Assembly: GCA_046719715.1 (NCBI GenBank)
Contig: JBDNCJ010000006.1
Coordinates: forward strand, 8,492-72,491
Length of the DNA stretch: 64,000 bases
DNA from: Chloroherpetonaceae bacterium
GTDB taxonomy: Bacteria > Bacteroidota > Chlorobiia > Chlorobiales > Thermochlorobacteraceae
Direction: 5' to 3'
This document shows, piece after piece, positions 11,280 through 23,094 of the stretch. How positions within the stretch are numbered: the stretch's first letter is position 1; each line of letters begins with the position of its first letter. The notes under the pieces are model-generated. The model saw nothing but the letters and a program-made list of their open reading frames with translations, was not told the origin of the DNA and did not search any database. Made by a program: the position numbers and the translations under genes.

Positions 11280-13691
11280 ATGGATAACGCCAACGGCTAC
11301 ACACGCAACGGAAACGGATTGCAAGACGGCGCAACTTATCGCCAACTTCAACAAGCTTTGCAAGAAAGCCAATCGCAAGAAATAGACCTTTCAGGCTACC
11401 TTCGCGCCTTTTTCAAAGGCAAATGGATTATTCTGACGGTGTTCGTCGTCTCGCTTCTCATCGGCATGTTCATTGCCTATTCCCAGCCCAACATCTACGA
11501 AAGCACAACAACGCTCATTTTGCGCAATCCTTCGTCGTCCGCTTCGGTCATTGTCAGTTTCAGTTCCGATAAAGACGCCGAAGATAGGGGCAACGAGATT
11601 CAAATTCTCAAAAGTCGCTCGCTCGGCGAAGAAGTCGCTTACGAACTCGTGCAAGCCGTTTATCAAAATCCGAACACGCGCGTCGATACGCTCGAAATCA
11701 TCAAAGATGAAAACGGCAACATTGCACCGATTGATGTAATTGCCGCCCGTGTGCGAAGCGGGCTCGATGTCAAACTTGCCAAAGGAAGCACGTTTATGGA
11801 GGTGAGTTTCCGCGCCCTCAATCCTTACGAAGCGGCGTTGGTTTCACGCACGGCGGTTAAAGTTTATGAAGACCGTAAGAAAAAATCCGCCAGCAAAGCC
11901 GCCACCGCGCTTCGTATTTTCTTGCAAGAACAATTAGAACAAAAACGCGGAAAACTTTTAGACAGCGAAGAACGCCTTCAGCGTTATATGGAAGACCAGC
12001 GCGTCGTTGCCATCGGCGAAGAATCAAATCGTATGATTGCGCGCTACTCCGATGCGCTCGCCAAAGTCGATGAAGCCCAAGTCATGCTCAACGCGCTCAC
12101 GGCGTCGCTCAACGCCTACAAACAAGAAATGACCGCCCTCGAGCCGAAACTTGCAAACTCCGCCGTTCAAGCCAGCACGGAAAATTATACTAAGCTCTTC
12201 CAACAAGTCATCGCCCAAAAGCAGGTTGATAGAGATAAAATCCTTTCCGACCCCAACCAAGACAACCAGAACGTTCAACTTCAACTTCGCCAATTCGACG
12301 CCGAAATTGAAGTCTATAAACAAAAACTTCAAAAGGAATTCGAGCAACAAGTCAAAGACGGCTACGCCAACATTCAATACCCCGAATACTATCAAGACGT
12401 CGCCAAGAAAAAACTCGCCACCGAACTTGAAATCATCGGCATTCAATCGCGCCTGACGGCGTATCGCAAACTCGCCGAAGAGTATGATAAAGCCTTCCTG
12501 CGCACCCCCGCCAAGAACATTGAATTTGCACGCCTTCAACGCAACGCGCAAACCTATCAAGAGCTTTACAACTTGCTCGAAAAACGCTATCAAGAGGCGT
12601 TGATTTCAGAAGAGCAAACGCCGAGCGGCATTGAGGTTGTGGATTTAGCCGTTCCCGAATACAAGCCCGTCTTGCCGAAGCGTCCGATTACCATTGCGTT
12701 CGGCGTGGTGATTGGATTGATTTTAGGGATTGGAATTGTAATGCTTATTCACGCGCTCGACCGAAGCATTCACACGCCCGAACAAGCCGAAAAGTTCGGC
12801 ACGCTTCTCGCCACCATTCCCGTTATTGAAACCTTTGACGAAAATATCCGCGCCAAAGCCTCAACCAACGTCAAGGTGATTGAAGGTCCGGAATCGGAGT
12901 CGCGTAAAATCGCCTCTCACTTGGTTACACACTTCGACCCGAAGAGTTCGGTTTCGGAAGCGTATCGAGCGTTGCGCACGAGCTTGCTCTTCTCGCGCGT
13001 CGGCAATGTTCAACCCGACGGCACGAAACTCGGCAACCTTTTCGGCGTTACGAGTTCCGCCCCGAAGGAGGGTAAATCAACGACCATTTCAAATCTCGCC
13101 ATTACCGTTGCGCAAGGCGGTCAGAAGGTGCTTTTGATTGACTGCGATTTGCGCCGCCCCGTGCTTCACGCGGTTTTCGGATACAACAAAGAGCCGGGCA
13201 TTACAAACTACCTCGTCGGACGTGCGATGGTCGACGACATCATTCGAACCTCGCCCATTCGCAACCTCGACATCATCACCTCCGGCACCATTCCGCCGAA
13301 CCCGTCGGAACTCATCGGCTCTGAGCGCATGAAGGAGTTTCTTGCCGAAATGCAAAAACGCTACGACCTGATTTTAATCGACACGCCGCCCGTCATCGCC
13401 GTAACTGACGGACAAATCGTCTCCACGCTCGTCGACGGCATGTTGCTCATCATCTCTTCGGGCGTTACACAAACCGAACTCGCCAAGCGTTCTAAAGAAC
13501 TCATCTTGAAAGTCGGCGGAAAAGTTATCGGCATGGTTCTCAACAACTTCGACATCTACAACACCTACGGCTCTTACTACAAGTATTATCGCTATTACAA
13601 CTACTACTATGAATCCAAAAAACCACAGCCGTTAAAGAAAACGCTTTTGGATTCCATCGTCGACCGTTTCTCAAACAAATCATCTGTTTAA
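11280..13691 (+). CDS. polysaccharide co-polymerase / BY-kinase (Wzc/GumC-like tyrosine autokinase)
   Basis: 803 aa with an N-terminal Wzz-type TM region and a long coiled coil. Kinase Walker [11 protein letters not shown], Walker A-prime LIDCDLRRP, Walker [10 protein letters not shown]-terminal Tyr cluster [19 protein letters not shown]. Confidence 0.9.
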   Translation: MDNANGYTRNGNGLQDGATYRQLQQALQESQSQEIDLSGYLRAFFKGKWIILTVFVVSLLIGMFIAYSQPNIYESTTTLILRNPSSSASVIVSFSSDKDAEDRGNEIQILKSRSLGEEVAYELVQAVYQNPNTRVDTLEIIKDENGNIAPIDVIAARVRSGLDVKLAKGSTFMEVSFRALNPYEAALVSRTAVKVYEDRKKKSASKAATALRIFLQEQLEQKRGKLLDSEERLQRYMEDQRVVAIGEESNRMIARYSDALAKVDEAQVMLNALTASLNAYKQEMTALEPKLANSAVQASTENYTKLFQQVIAQKQVDRDKILSDPNQDNQNVQLQLRQFDAEIEVYKQKLQKEFEQQVKDGYANIQYPEYYQDVAKKKLATELEIIGIQSRLTAYRKLAEEYDKAFLRTPAKNIEFARLQRNAQTYQELYNLLEKRYQEALISEEQTPSGIEVVDLAVPEYKPVLPKRPITIAFGVVIGLILGIGIVMLIHALDRSIHTPEQAEKFGTLLATIPVIETFDENIRAKASTNVKVIEGPESESRKIASHLVTHFDPKSSVSEAYRALRTSLLFSRVGNVQPDGTKLGNLFGVTSSAPKEGKSTTISNLAITVAQGGQKVLLIDCDLRRPVLHAVFGYNKEPGITNYLVGRAMVDDIIRTSPIRNLDIITSGTIPPNPSELIGSERMKEFLAEMQKRYDLILIDTPPVIAVTDGQIVSTLVDGMLLIISSGVTQTELAKRSKELILKVGGKVIGMVLNNFDIYNTYGSYYKYYRYYNYYYESKKPQPLKKTLLDSIVDRFSNKSSV

Positions 13692-13710
13692 CTTAAACTT
13701 GCACGCAACA

Positions 13711-15024
13711 ATGGACGCACTTCGCTACTCCGACCCTGAAATCTACGCCGCCGTTCAATCCGAATTAGAGCGTCAAACCGACACCGTTGAACTCATCGCA
13801 TCGGAAAACTTTACCAGTCGCGCCGTTATGGAAGCGTGCGGTTCGGTAATGACGAACAAATATGCCGAAGGCTACCCCGGCAAACGCTACTACGGCGGTT
13901 GCGAATTTGTCGACATCGCTGAAAACCTCGCTCGCGAGCGCGTTAAAAAACTCTTTGGGGCGGTGTATGCGAACGTGCAACCACATTCCGGCTCAAACGC
14001 CAATATGGCGGTCTTCTTCGCCGTCCTCAAACCCGGCGATTCCATTCTCGGCTTCGACCTCTCGCACGGCGGACATCTCACGCACGGCTCGCCCGTCAAT
14101 TTCTCCGGCAAACTTTACAACGCGCATTTCTACGGCGTCGAAAAAGAAACCGGACGCATCGATATGAATCGCGTCGCCGACATTGCTAACAAGGTCAAAC
14201 CTAAACTGCTCATCTGCGGCGCAAGCGCCTATTCCCGCGATTGGGACTTCAAAGCGTTCCGCGAGATTGCCGACCGCGTCGGCGCCTTCCTGCTTGCCGA
14301 CATTGCCCACCCCGCCGGACTTATCGCCACAGGGCTTTTGAACAATCCGATTCCACACTGCCACTTCGTCACCTCTACGACGCATAAAACGCTTCGCGGA
14401 CCGAGAGGCGGCATTATCCTGATGGGCGAAGATTTTGAAAATCCCATGGGTCTCAAACTCAAAACGAAAAACGGCGAGCGGCTGAAATTGATGTCGGAAG
14501 TGCTCGATACCGAAGTCATGCCCGGTGTTCAAGGCGGACCGCTCATGCACGTCATTGCCGGAAAAGCCGTCGGCTTCGGCGAAAATCTTAAACCCGAATA
14601 CAAAGACTACACGCTTCAAGTCAAGAAAAATGCGTCGGCGATGGCTCAAAAATTTCTCTCGCTCGGCTACAACATCATCTCGGGCGGAACCGACAATCAC
14701 CTCATGCTCATTGACCTTCGCAATAAAAATGTCAGCGGCAAAGAAGCCGAACATTTGCTCCACGAAGCCGGCTTTACGACGAACAAAAACATGGTGCCGT
14801 TTGACGATAAAAGCGCCTTCGTTACCAGCGGCATTCGTCTCGGCACGGCGGCAATGACTACGCGCGGCATGAAAGAATCCGAAGCTGAACTCGTCGCCGA
14901 ATGGATTGACCGCATCATTACCCACGCACACAGCACAACGATTGACGCCATCTGCAGCGCAACAAAACATGAGGTTAAAGAACTGACGTCCAAGTTCCCG
15001 CTCTACGACTTCGTCATGGCATAA
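13711..15024 (+). CDS. glyA: serine hydroxymethyltransferase
   Basis: SHMT pattern [10 protein letters not shown] with PLP-lysine block [15 protein letters not shown] 13711 (MDALRY..) is preferred over the TTG at 13699. Confidence 0.96.
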   Translation: MDALRYSDPEIYAAVQSELERQTDTVELIASENFTSRAVMEACGSVMTNKYAEGYPGKRYYGGCEFVDIAENLARERVKKLFGAVYANVQPHSGSNANMAVFFAVLKPGDSILGFDLSHGGHLTHGSPVNFSGKLYNAHFYGVEKETGRIDMNRVADIANKVKPKLLICGASAYSRDWDFKAFREIADRVGAFLLADIAHPAGLIATGLLNNPIPHCHFVTSTTHKTLRGPRGGIILMGEDFENPMGLKLKTKNGERLKLMSEVLDTEVMPGVQGGPLMHVIAGKAVGFGENLKPEYKDYTLQVKKNASAMAQKFLSLGYNIISGGTDNHLMLIDLRNKNVSGKEAEHLLHEAGFTTNKNMVPFDDKSAFVTSGIRLGTAAMTTRGMKESEAELVAEWIDRIITHAHSTTIDAICSATKHEVKELTSKFPLYDFVMA

Positions 15025-15035
15025 CGCTTTGCCAT

Positions 15036-15072
15036 AAGGCTCTTCGCAAAAACGGAGAGCCTTTCTTATTTT
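15036..15072 (+). terminator. putative rho-independent terminator after glyA
   Basis: Perfect 8-bp inverted repeat AAGGCTCT (15036-15043) / AGAGCCTT (15056-15063), followed by the T-rich run TCTTATTTT. Confidence 0.6.
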
Positions 15073-15130
15073 AGCTCATCTTGAAACCACGTTGTAACGA
15101 CCTTCTCAAAAAACCAACCAAGTTGTAAAA

Positions 15131-16567
15131 ATGAAACGCACTAAAATTATCTGTACGCTCGGACCTTCCACCAACTCCGTTGAAAAAATTGTCGAGCTTG
15201 TTCATGCCGGCATGGATATTGCCCGCATGAACTTCTCGCACGGCACGCACGCCGACCACAAATCACGAATCGACATGGTGCGCGAAGCCTCCAAAATTAC
15301 AGGCAAGCAAATCGCCATTCTGCAAGACCTTCAAGGTCCGAAAATCCGCATCGGCGATTTAGAGAAAACCGTGCTACTCAAACAAGGCGACCGATTCACC
15401 ATCACCACCAAAGACGTGCTCGGCACTTTCGATCGCGTTTCAACCTCTTACAAAGAAATCGCCAAAGACGTCCGCCCCGGTGATCGAATCTTGATGGACG
15501 ATGGGCTTTTGGAAGTGCGCGTGCTGGAAAAATCAGATACGGACGTCGTTACCGAAGTCGTTATCGGCGGCTTGCTCAAATCCAAAAAAGGTCTGAACCT
15601 GCCGGGCGTGAATATGTCCGTCCCATCTCTTTCTGAAAAAGATATTCAAGACGTCTATTTCGGACTGGACAACAATGTGGATTTAATCGCGCTTTCCTTT
15701 GTGCGTTCCGCTCAAGACATTCACGACCTTCGCCAAATCATCAATCTGCGCCGTAAAGACACATGGATTGTCGCCAAAATCGAGCGTCCCGAAGCCATTA
15801 CGAATCTTGAACAAATCGTTGATGCCACCAACGCCGTCATGGTCGCACGCGGCGATTTAGGCGTGGAAATGAAAACCTCTTCCGTCCCGATTCTGCAAAA
15901 GCGAATCGTCCAAACGTGCAACGCGAAGTATAAGCCCGTCATTATCGCCACACAGATGCTTGAATCTATGACGGAAAACCCTCGTCCGACGAGAGCCGAA
16001 GCCAGCGACGTCGCCAACGCTGTTTATGACGGCACCGACGCCGTCATGCTCTCAGGCGAAACCGCCTCCGGCAAATATCCGATTGAAACCGTACGAACCA
16101 TGTCGGAAATTATCCTCAATGTTGAATCAAGCGAGAATTACAGCCTCCTTGCCAAAGAACGTTACGCCCTCGCACACAATGTTCCGAATAACGCCCTAGT
16201 TGATTTGAGCGAGGCGATTGCCGTTTCCGCCGTTGACGTCGCCAGCACCGTTCGCGCCAAAGCCATCGTTGTTTTGAGCCACACCGGCTCGACAGCGATT
16301 AAGGTCTCTAAGCAAAAACCGAATACGCAAATCGTCGTCATCACCGATAACGAATCCGTCCAACGACGCATGAACCTTGTCTGGGGCGTGCAAACCATCT
16401 TTACCGAAACCCTCACATCAACCGACGAAAGTTTCAAAGCCATTGAGCAACGGCTCATTGAGCATGGTCTCGTTCAGTATGGCGACGTCCTCGTCTATAC
16501 GATGGGCATTCCCATCTTGAAGCACGGCACAACCGATACCATCAAAGTGAGCAAAGTCGGGGCGTAA
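15131..16567 (+). CDS. pyk: pyruvate kinase
   Basis: MKRTKIICTLGPS, NFSHG, MVARGDLGVE and SGETASGKYP are present; 478 aa. Confidence 0.96.
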   Translation: MKRTKIICTLGPSTNSVEKIVELVHAGMDIARMNFSHGTHADHKSRIDMVREASKITGKQIAILQDLQGPKIRIGDLEKTVLLKQGDRFTITTKDVLGTFDRVSTSYKEIAKDVRPGDRILMDDGLLEVRVLEKSDTDVVTEVVIGGLLKSKKGLNLPGVNMSVPSLSEKDIQDVYFGLDNNVDLIALSFVRSAQDIHDLRQIINLRRKDTWIVAKIERPEAITNLEQIVDATNAVMVARGDLGVEMKTSSVPILQKRIVQTCNAKYKPVIIATQMLESMTENPRPTRAEASDVANAVYDGTDAVMLSGETASGKYPIETVRTMSEIILNVESSENYSLLAKERYALAHNVPNNALVDLSEAIAVSAVDVASTVRAKAIVVLSHTGSTAIKVSKQKPNTQIVVITDNESVQRRMNLVWGVQTIFTETLTSTDESFKAIEQRLIEHGLVQYGDVLVYTMGIPILKHGTTDTIKVSKVGA

Positions 16568-16759
16568 TCCGAAACGGATTTGAGAAGATGCAGACTGAGG
16601 CAAATGAAAAAGAGATGTTAGGGTGTCGGGAAGAAGTTAAAAAAAGCGACAAGTAGCAAGTATGAACTCTCGTCTCATCGCTTTGAATCTCAGGCGGGCG
16701 CTTGACGGCTCCGCCACAGCACAAGCGGCTTAAGGCGGAGCGCAAGCCAATCATATCTT

Positions 16760-17122
16760 TTATGCCTCGATGGGTTTGGGTGTGCGCTCTTTGACTTTCG
16801 TCGCGGCTTTGCCCGTGCGCTCACGCAGGTAGAAGAGTTTGGCGCGACGCGCTTTGCCTTCCTTCACCACTTCAATTTTCGCAATGCTCGGCGAATGAAT
16901 CGGAAACACGCGCTCAACGCCGACGCCGTTTGAGATTTTACGAACCGTAATCGTTTCCGACATTCCCGACCCTCTGCGGTTAATGACGATGCCTTGATAC
17001 TGTTGGATACGTTCCTTATCGCCTTCCACCACGCGCACGTGGATATTCACCGTATCCGACGAACGAAACGCGGGAATATCCGTTCTCTTGAATCCCGCTT
17101 CCACTAATTGAATTTTGTCCAT
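16760..17122 (-). CDS. rplS: 50S ribosomal protein L19
   Basis: 120 aa with an L19 pattern ([29 protein letters not shown]). It is the last gene of the conserved rpsP-rimM-trmD-rplS block. Confidence 0.95.
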   Translation of the reverse strand: MDKIQLVEAGFKRTDIPAFRSSDTVNIHVRVVEGDKERIQQYQGIVINRRGSGMSETITVRKISNGVGVERVFPIHSPSIAKIEVVKEGKARRAKLFYLRERTGKAATKVKERTPKPIEA

Positions 17123-17172
17123 GACTTTGCTTTCAGTTAAAAGTTAAACTTGTCGTTCTAAAAGGTTTTAAT

Positions 17173-17871
17173 TTATTGTTTTGCGTCGTTTTTGTTTTCG
17201 AGCAAATCGGGTCGCCGTTCTTTTGTGCGCGTTAAGGCGTTTTGCACTTGCCACTCGCGAATTTTCTCGTGATGTCCAGAAAGAAGCACATCAGGGACTT
17301 TCATGCCGCGAAAGTCGGCGGGGCGCGTGTAGTGCGCGCAGTCGAGCAAGCCGGTTTGGAACGAATCGAGTAATGCGGATTCGGAGTCGTTCATCGCGTT
17401 TGGAATCAGTCGCACGATGCTATCAATCAGAACCAACGCAGGCAGTTCGCCGCCTGAGAGCACATAATCTCCGATTGAAATTTCTTTTGTTATCAGCGTT
17501 TCTCGCACGCGTTCATCAACGCCTTTGTAATGACCGCACAAAAAAATGAGATTCTTTTTCAAAGAACATTCATTGGCGAGGCTTTGCGTGAGTCTTTCGC
17601 CGTCAGGCGTTAGGAAAATCACCTCGTCGTAGTCGCGCTCCGCTTTGAGTTTTTCAATGCAAGTAAAAATCGGCTCTGGTTTCATAATCATTCCGGAGCC
17701 GCCGCCGAAGGGCGCATCGTCAACTTGCTTATATCGCCCAAGCCCGTAGTCGTGCAAGTTATGCACATGAATCTCAATCAATCCCTTTTCTTTGGCAATC
17801 CTCACGATTCCGTTTTCGAGCGGACTTTTGAGATATTGCGGCATCACCGTCAGAATTTCAATGCGCATCAC
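17173..17871 (-). CDS. trmD: tRNA (guanine37-N1)-methyltransferase
   Basis: TrmD motifs [28 protein letters not shown] and [18 protein letters not shown]. It overlaps the rimM stop. Confidence 0.95.
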   Translation of the reverse strand: MMRIEILTVMPQYLKSPLENGIVRIAKEKGLIEIHVHNLHDYGLGRYKQVDDAPFGGGSGMIMKPEPIFTCIEKLKAERDYDEVIFLTPDGERLTQSLANECSLKKNLIFLCGHYKGVDERVRETLITKEISIGDYVLSGGELPALVLIDSIVRLIPNAMNDSESALLDSFQTGLLDCAHYTRPADFRGMKVPDVLLSGHHEKIREWQVQNALTRTKERRPDLLENKNDAKQ

Positions 17872-18371
17872 AGGAACTCTTCGTATCGTTTGACCTTCAC
17901 ATAACCGTTTGTGAGGTTCACTTCTTCAATGAACTCGGAAATTGCCGGTATTAGAATTTTTTTTCCATCGGCAAGCGAAATTTCATACACGTCGTTAGAT
18001 GGCACTTTTATTACGTCGGTAAGTTTGCCGATTTCAGTTTCGCCTGAACCAACGCGAAGCCCGATGAGTTCGTGAATGTAAGCGACGTCGCCTTTGAGTT
18101 TTGGCAAGTCTGATTCTGCCACAAAAAGGCTTTTTCCGACGAGCGTTTTCGCCTGTTCGGGCGAATCGATTCCGATGAAGCGATAGGTTGCGGCGTCGGG
18201 TGCGATTGAAACAGATTTGACTTTGATTTCAACCGCTGTATCGGGCGCGACACCAATCCAGAGCGTTTTTCGCGTTTTCAAGCGTTCAGGGAAGTCGGTT
18301 TCGAGCATAACTTTGACTTCCCCTTTCAAGCCTTTGATTTTCACGATTCGCCCAATTTCAAAGCGTCGCAT
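17868..18371 (-). CDS. rimM: 16S rRNA processing protein RimM
   Basis: 167 aa. N-terminal [16 protein letters not shown] and a PRC-barrel-like C-terminus. Its position between rpsP and trmD is conserved. Confidence 0.9.
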   Translation of the reverse strand: MRRFEIGRIVKIKGLKGEVKVMLETDFPERLKTRKTLWIGVAPDTAVEIKVKSVSIAPDAATYRFIGIDSPEQAKTLVGKSLFVAESDLPKLKGDVAYIHELIGLRVGSGETEIGKLTDVIKVPSNDVYEISLADGKKILIPAISEFIEEVNLTNGYVKVKRYEEFL

Positions 18372-18380
18372 GTGCTCGGG

Positions 18381-18860
18381 TTAGGAAGCGGATTCGGCTT
18401 TCTTGGCTTCGGCTTCTTTTTTCGCCTTGCGACGGCGGGCTTTGCGCTCTAAGTTTCGCGTTACGCGGGCGTTTCGGTTTTCTTGCCATTTTTGCATTTC
18501 CGCGTTGATTTCCTCTTCGCTCTTGCCTTTCTTTTTGAGGTAAAGGCGATGGAGCAATCCCGTGCCGCGAATTACACTGCGGGCAGTATCGGTCGGCTGT
18601 GCGCCGACGCCGAGCCAATAAGCGACGCGGTCTTCTTTGAGCTCAACCTTGTGCGGACGCGCTTTCGGAGCGTATTGCCCCAGCACTTCTAAAAACGCGC
18701 CATCGCGTCGCGCGCGTGCGTCTGTCGCCACAATTTGATAAATCGGCAGTTTCTTTCTGCCCGTGCGTCTCAATCTAATCTTAACCAATTCAGTATCCGG
18801 TTTATGTTGAAAGTAAGTTGTGTTGTTTGAAAATTTGAAATCCCGATTGCCCTCGTTCAT
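18381..18860 (-). CDS. rpsP: 30S ribosomal protein S16 (start ambiguous)
   Basis: The conserved S16 core [29 protein letters not shown] begins at the in-frame TTG at 18788. The ORF also extends 24 codons upstream to the ATG at 18860, which overlaps the ffh stop (ATGA). The C-terminal extension is Lys/Arg/Glu-rich. Confidence 0.9.
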   Translation of the reverse strand: MNEGNRDFKFSNNTTYFQHKPDTELVKIRLRRTGRKKLPIYQIVATDARARRDGAFLEVLGQYAPKARPHKVELKEDRVAYWLGVGAQPTDTARSVIRGTGLLHRLYLKKKGKSEEEINAEMQKWQENRNARVTRNLERKARRRKAKKEAEAKKAESAS

Positions 18861-20209
18861 CGCCGCGCCGCCAAGCGTTCTAATGGAATGTTGTCGGCGG
18901 TGATGCGTCGCCCGGCTTTATCTAACTTCGTGAGCGACTTCATCATTTTTTTCATCTCGGCAAATTGTTTGAGCAGGCTATTAACTTCTTGAACGCTCGT
19001 GCCGCTTCCTTTGGCGATTCTGGCTCGGCGGCTTCCGTTGATGATGTCGGGATTGCGCCGTTCTTCTTTCGTCATGGACGAAATCATCGCTTCGACGCGC
19101 TTCATTTCCTTCTCGTTGATTTGGTCGGCGGGAATCATTTTGTTCATTCCCGGTATCATTGAGACGAGGCTTTGAAGCGAGCCCATTTTTTTAATCTCTT
19201 GAATCTGTGCGTAGAAGTCGTCGAGGTTAAATTCGTTTTGGAGGAGTTTCTTTTGAAGTTCTTCGGTCTTTTTGAGGTCGAGGCGTTCTTGTGCGCGTTC
19301 TACGAAACTGACGATGTCGCCCATGCCGAGAATGCGTTGCGCCATGCGGTCGGGATAAAAAATATCAAGGTCGTCGACCTTTTCGCCGCTACTGACGAAT
19401 TTAATCGGCTTATTGACGACCGTTTTAATCGAGAGTGCCGCACCGCCGCGCGTGTCGCCGTCCATTTTGGTGAGCACCACGCCGTCGAAGTCCAATCGCT
19501 CGTTGAAGGTCTTGGCGGTATTGACGGCTTCTTGCCCAATCATCGCATCAACCACGAACAGAATTTCTTCGGGGTTGAACATCTTTTTGAGCGTTTCCGC
19601 CTCTTGCATCATCTCTTCGTCAATCTGCAAGCGTCCTGCGGTGTCGATGATGGCGATGTCGCGTGCGTTTTGCTTTGCGTATTCAACGCCTTCTTTTGCA
19701 GTTTTAATGGCGTCTTTTTCTTCAATGGCGAAAACAGGAATTTCGATTTGCGCGCCAAGCGTTTTGAGTTGGTCGATGGCGGCGGGGCGATAGACGTCAG
19801 CGGCAATCAGCAGTGGATTTCGTCCGCGCTTTTTGAGGTGCAATGCCAATTTCGCCGTGAAGGTCGTCTTCCCTGCGCCTTGCAACCCTGCGACCATAAT
19901 CACCGCCGGAATGCGATTGGTTTTGAGGTTCAAATCAACCTGCTCGCCGCCCATCATCTCTTTGAGTTCATCAAAGACGATTTTGACAATCATCTGCGAG
20001 GGCGAAACGCTCTTAATGACTTCCGCGCCAAGTGCTTTTTTGCGAACTTGCTCGATGAAGTTTTTCGTAACGGCGTAGTTGACGTCCGCGTCTAACAGCG
20101 CACGCTTGATGTCGCGCAACGCATTGCCGACATTGACCTCATTGATTCGCGCTTGTCCGGAAAGTTTCTTTAAGGCGGAATCGAGTTTATCGCTGAGTGA
20201 TTCAAACAT
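18857..20209 (-). CDS. ffh: signal recognition particle protein Ffh
   Basis: GLQGAGKTT and DTAGRL GTPase motifs, plus a Met-rich M domain ([19 protein letters not shown]). Confidence 0.96.
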   Translation of the reverse strand: MFESLSDKLDSALKKLSGQARINEVNVGNALRDIKRALLDADVNYAVTKNFIEQVRKKALGAEVIKSVSPSQMIVKIVFDELKEMMGGEQVDLNLKTNRIPAVIMVAGLQGAGKTTFTAKLALHLKKRGRNPLLIAADVYRPAAIDQLKTLGAQIEIPVFAIEEKDAIKTAKEGVEYAKQNARDIAIIDTAGRLQIDEEMMQEAETLKKMFNPEEILFVVDAMIGQEAVNTAKTFNERLDFDGVVLTKMDGDTRGGAALSIKTVVNKPIKFVSSGEKVDDLDIFYPDRMAQRILGMGDIVSFVERAQERLDLKKTEELQKKLLQNEFNLDDFYAQIQEIKKMGSLQSLVSMIPGMNKMIPADQINEKEMKRVEAMISSMTKEERRNPDIINGSRRARIAKGSGTSVQEVNSLLKQFAEMKKMMKSLTKLDKAGRRITADNIPLERLAARR

Positions 20210-20519
20210 AATCGTTGACGAAAATCAAATTTCACGAGATTTCGTTGCAGGCAATTCAACCTGAACTGCTCGACATGAATCGTCCTGAAACCCGTTGAAA
20301 AATCCTTGAATTTTTATCAAAAAACTTAAACAAGGGCGGCAAAGATAAGAAAAGATATATTGCGCGCAAAAAAGAAGCGACATATTCAGACTTGTCAGAT
20401 TCGTCAGACTCGGCTGTTTCGGCTATCTTTTTAACGAAGCCTTCGGCGGCAACTCGTTTCGATAGTGTTCTTATCTTCTCGTTTTGTTGTAACTTTGCGT
20501 TTTCAATTTTTAAGAATTT

Positions 20520-21317
20520 ATGTGGAAACTCGCTCAAACATATTCAGCGTCGCTTGAAGAGAAACTCAAAGGCATCGTGTTTTCGATGCAGGATTTTCTC
20601 TTTTTTGCATGGCGCGCGTTTCGTGCGATAGGCGCAAGCAAACGCTATTGGCGCGACGTGCTCGACCAAGCCTACATCTGCGGCACGGAGTCGCTTCCGA
20701 TTTTAATGGTCAGCGCACTCTCGATTGGCTCGCTGATTGTCATTGAAGTGGGTCATCAACTGGCGGAGTTTGGGGCAAAAACCATGACGGGACGCAGTGT
20801 TGCGCTCTCGGTGGTGCGTGAAATCAGTCCGCTCGTCGCAGGCTTGATGTTAGCGGCGCGAGTCGGGGCGCGCAATAGTTCCGAACTCGGTGCGATGCAA
20901 ATTTCCGAACAAATCGACGCGCTTCGCGCCTTCGGCACTGACCCGATTGCCAAACTCGTTGTGCCGCGTCTTGTCGCTTCGTTCCTCATGTTCGTTCCGC
21001 TTATCGCCCTTTGCGACCTTGTCGGGCTTATCAGCGGGGCTTATCTCGCCGAGTGGGATTTGCATTTGGACAGAGGGATTTACTGGAATTCCGTCATCGA
21101 CATTCTTCGCCCAATGGATTGGCTCGTAGGTTTCTCAAAGCCGCCTGTTTTCGCGATTGGCATTTCGCTGATTAGTTGCTACACGGGGTTCAGCACGACG
21201 GGCGGCACGGCGGGCGTGGGCAAAAGCACCATTAAGGGCATTGTGTATTCTTCCGCCTTTGTTTTAGTGATGAATTTTTATCTCTCCAAAGTCATTTTGG
21301 ATTTGATGCGCGGCTAA
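20520..21317 (+). CDS. mlaE: MlaE-family ABC transporter permease
   Basis: 265-aa polytopic protein with MlaE/Ttg2B-like blocks (GAMQISEQIDALRAFGTDP). It is followed by the ATPase and MCE genes. Confidence 0.88.
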   Translation: MWKLAQTYSASLEEKLKGIVFSMQDFLFFAWRAFRAIGASKRYWRDVLDQAYICGTESLPILMVSALSIGSLIVIEVGHQLAEFGAKTMTGRSVALSVVREISPLVAGLMLAARVGARNSSELGAMQISEQIDALRAFGTDPIAKLVVPRLVASFLMFVPLIALCDLVGLISGAYLAEWDLHLDRGIYWNSVIDILRPMDWLVGFSKPPVFAIGISLISCYTGFSTTGGTAGVGKSTIKGIVYSSAFVLVMNFYLSKVILDLMRG

Positions 21318-21357
21318 GTGCATCGTTCGTGCGTCGCAGTTAATTGAACGCTTTCCA

Positions 21358-22086
21358 ATGATTGAACTTCGCAACGTCTCGCTTCGCTACGGCTCACGCG
21401 AGATTCTGAAAAACGTTTCGCTCACGATTGAAGACAAAAAAGTCAAAGCGATTTTAGGACCATCGGGCGTGGGCAAAAGCACCATCATCAAACTCATGCT
21501 CGGCTTGATTAAACCGACGTCGGGACAGATTTTAGTCGACGACGTCGATATCACGCATTTCAGCGAGGTTGAACTCTTTCCGATTCGTCAGAAAATGGGC
21601 ATCGTCTTTCAAGGCAATGCGCTCTTCGACTCCATGACGATTACGGAAAACATGAGTTTCTTTTTGCGCGAAAACCTGAACCTGCCCGAAACTGAAATTA
21701 CCGCTCGCGTTCAGGAACAGATGAAATTTGCAGGTTTGGAAGGATTTGAAAATAATCTTCCCGACAGTTTATCGGGCGGCATGCGAAAGCGCGTCGCGAT
21801 TGGTCGCGCGCTCATCTTTCACCCTAAAATGATTCTCTTCGATGAGCCAACTGCTGGACTCGACCCCGTCAGTTCAAAAAAAATTTTAGATTTAATCAAA
21901 CGCCTTCAAAGCGACATCGGGCTTGGCGCAGTCATTGTTACGCACATCTTGAGCGACGTCTTTTCCGTCGCCGATTCCGTCGCCGTTCTTTATCAAGGCG
22001 GAATTATCTTCAACGACGCGCCTCAAAAGCTTTACGATTCAACGCATTCATTCATCACATCATTTTTATCTAATCCAGAGGATTAA
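21358..22086 (+). CDS. mlaF: MlaF-like ABC transporter ATP-binding protein
   Basis: Walker A GPSGVGKST, signature LSGGMRKRVAIGRAL, Walker B ILFDEPTAGLD. Confidence 0.9.
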   Translation: MIELRNVSLRYGSREILKNVSLTIEDKKVKAILGPSGVGKSTIIKLMLGLIKPTSGQILVDDVDITHFSEVELFPIRQKMGIVFQGNALFDSMTITENMSFFLRENLNLPETEITARVQEQMKFAGLEGFENNLPDSLSGGMRKRVAIGRALIFHPKMILFDEPTAGLDPVSSKKILDLIKRLQSDIGLGAVIVTHILSDVFSVADSVAVLYQGGIIFNDAPQKLYDSTHSFITSFLSNPED

Positions 22087-22100
22087 CTTCAGACGCATCA

Positions 22101-23042
22101 ATGTCATCTTCACGCGGAAATCTCAAATGGAGCGACCTTCGCACCGGGCTTATCTTCGTCATCGGGCTGATTGTGGCGGGCGTTCTGCTTCTTATCGTCG
22201 GTAAAAACAGCCCCGTCATCAACAAGTTCATCGACCTTAAAATCTTCGTTCAAGACATCGAAGGGCTTGCCGAAAACAACTTCGTGGCAATTTCAGGCAA
22301 AAAAGTCGGAACTGTCCAGTCAATGACGATTAAAGAGCGCAACGATACGATTGGCGTGGAAGTCGTGATGAGCGTGCGCGCCGAATTTCAATCCGTCATT
22401 ACCAAGGATTCCAAAGCGAAAATTAAGCCACTTGGCGTTTTGGGCGATAAATATGTCGACATCACGCTCGGCAGCGGCGAATATGTTTCCGATGGCGACT
22501 TTCTGCTTGTAGAAAAAGATTTAGGGCTTGCCGACATCACCACCGAAGGCGTCAAACTTATCCGCAGTTTGAACGAAGTGCTCGAAAAAATCAATCGCGG
22601 GGAAGGCACGCTTGGAAAACTTATCACCTCGTCGGAACTCGTCGATAAACTCACGCGCACGGCGGAAAATTTAGAGCGCGTTTCTGAATCACTTTCCTCT
22701 AATCGCGGCTTGGCGGGGCGGCTCATGAACGACGCTGAACTTGCCAATCGATTTGCGGGAATGGTCAAAGATTTAGAGTCGATTACCGCGTCGCTTCGAG
22801 AAGGCAAAGGCTCGATGGGAAAACTTTTGGTTGATGAGTCGTTCTACAACAACTTGAACGCAACGACGAAACGCCTCGATTCGCTCGTCTTGGGATTGCA
22901 AAACCCGTCGGGCACGATTGGCAAATTAACGACGGATTCTCTGCTTTATCACAATCTGAATCGCTCCTCGATTGCACTTGATTCGCTGTTGCGCGACTTA
23001 AAGGCAAATCCCAGCCGATACATCAACGTGCGCGTGTTTTAG
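22101..23042 (+). CDS. mlaD: MlaD/MCE-domain substrate-binding protein
   Basis: N-terminal TM anchor, MCE-like core and a long helical C-terminus. It is the third gene of an mlaEFD-type cluster. Confidence 0.82.
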   Translation: MSSSRGNLKWSDLRTGLIFVIGLIVAGVLLLIVGKNSPVINKFIDLKIFVQDIEGLAENNFVAISGKKVGTVQSMTIKERNDTIGVEVVMSVRAEFQSVITKDSKAKIKPLGVLGDKYVDITLGSGEYVSDGDFLLVEKDLGLADITTEGVKLIRSLNEVLEKINRGEGTLGKLITSSELVDKLTRTAENLERVSESLSSNRGLAGRLMNDAELANRFAGMVKDLESITASLREGKGSMGKLLVDESFYNNLNATTKRLDSLVLGLQNPSGTIGKLTTDSLLYHNLNRSSIALDSLLRDLKANPSRYINVRVF

Positions 23043-23094
23043 GTCTGCACGCTCAAACTTCACGAGCCTTGCAGACCTTTCACACTGGCTTTAC

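Noticed and set aside
13993-14970. 325-aa ORF antisense to glyA
   Set aside because: It lies entirely inside, and antisense to, a full-length and unmistakable SHMT gene. Its Arg/Gly/Ala-rich composition is low-complexity and typical of shadow ORFs, and it has no recognisable motifs.
16708-16741. Hairpin GCTCCGCC/GGCGGAGC downstream of rplS as a terminator
   Set aside because: The stem is 8 bp but the loop is 18 nt, and no U-run follows on the minus strand. That is not enough to call an intrinsic terminator.
19172-20095. 307-aa ORF antisense to ffh
   Set aside because: It is a shadow ORF within the Ffh coding region, with no start context or motifs. Ffh itself is complete and conserved.
20256-20537. 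93-aa minus-strand ORF in the ffh/mlaE intergenic region
   Set aside because: It overlaps the mlaE start. It has no RBS and no motifs, and it lies in an AT-rich promoter region. It is probably non-coding.
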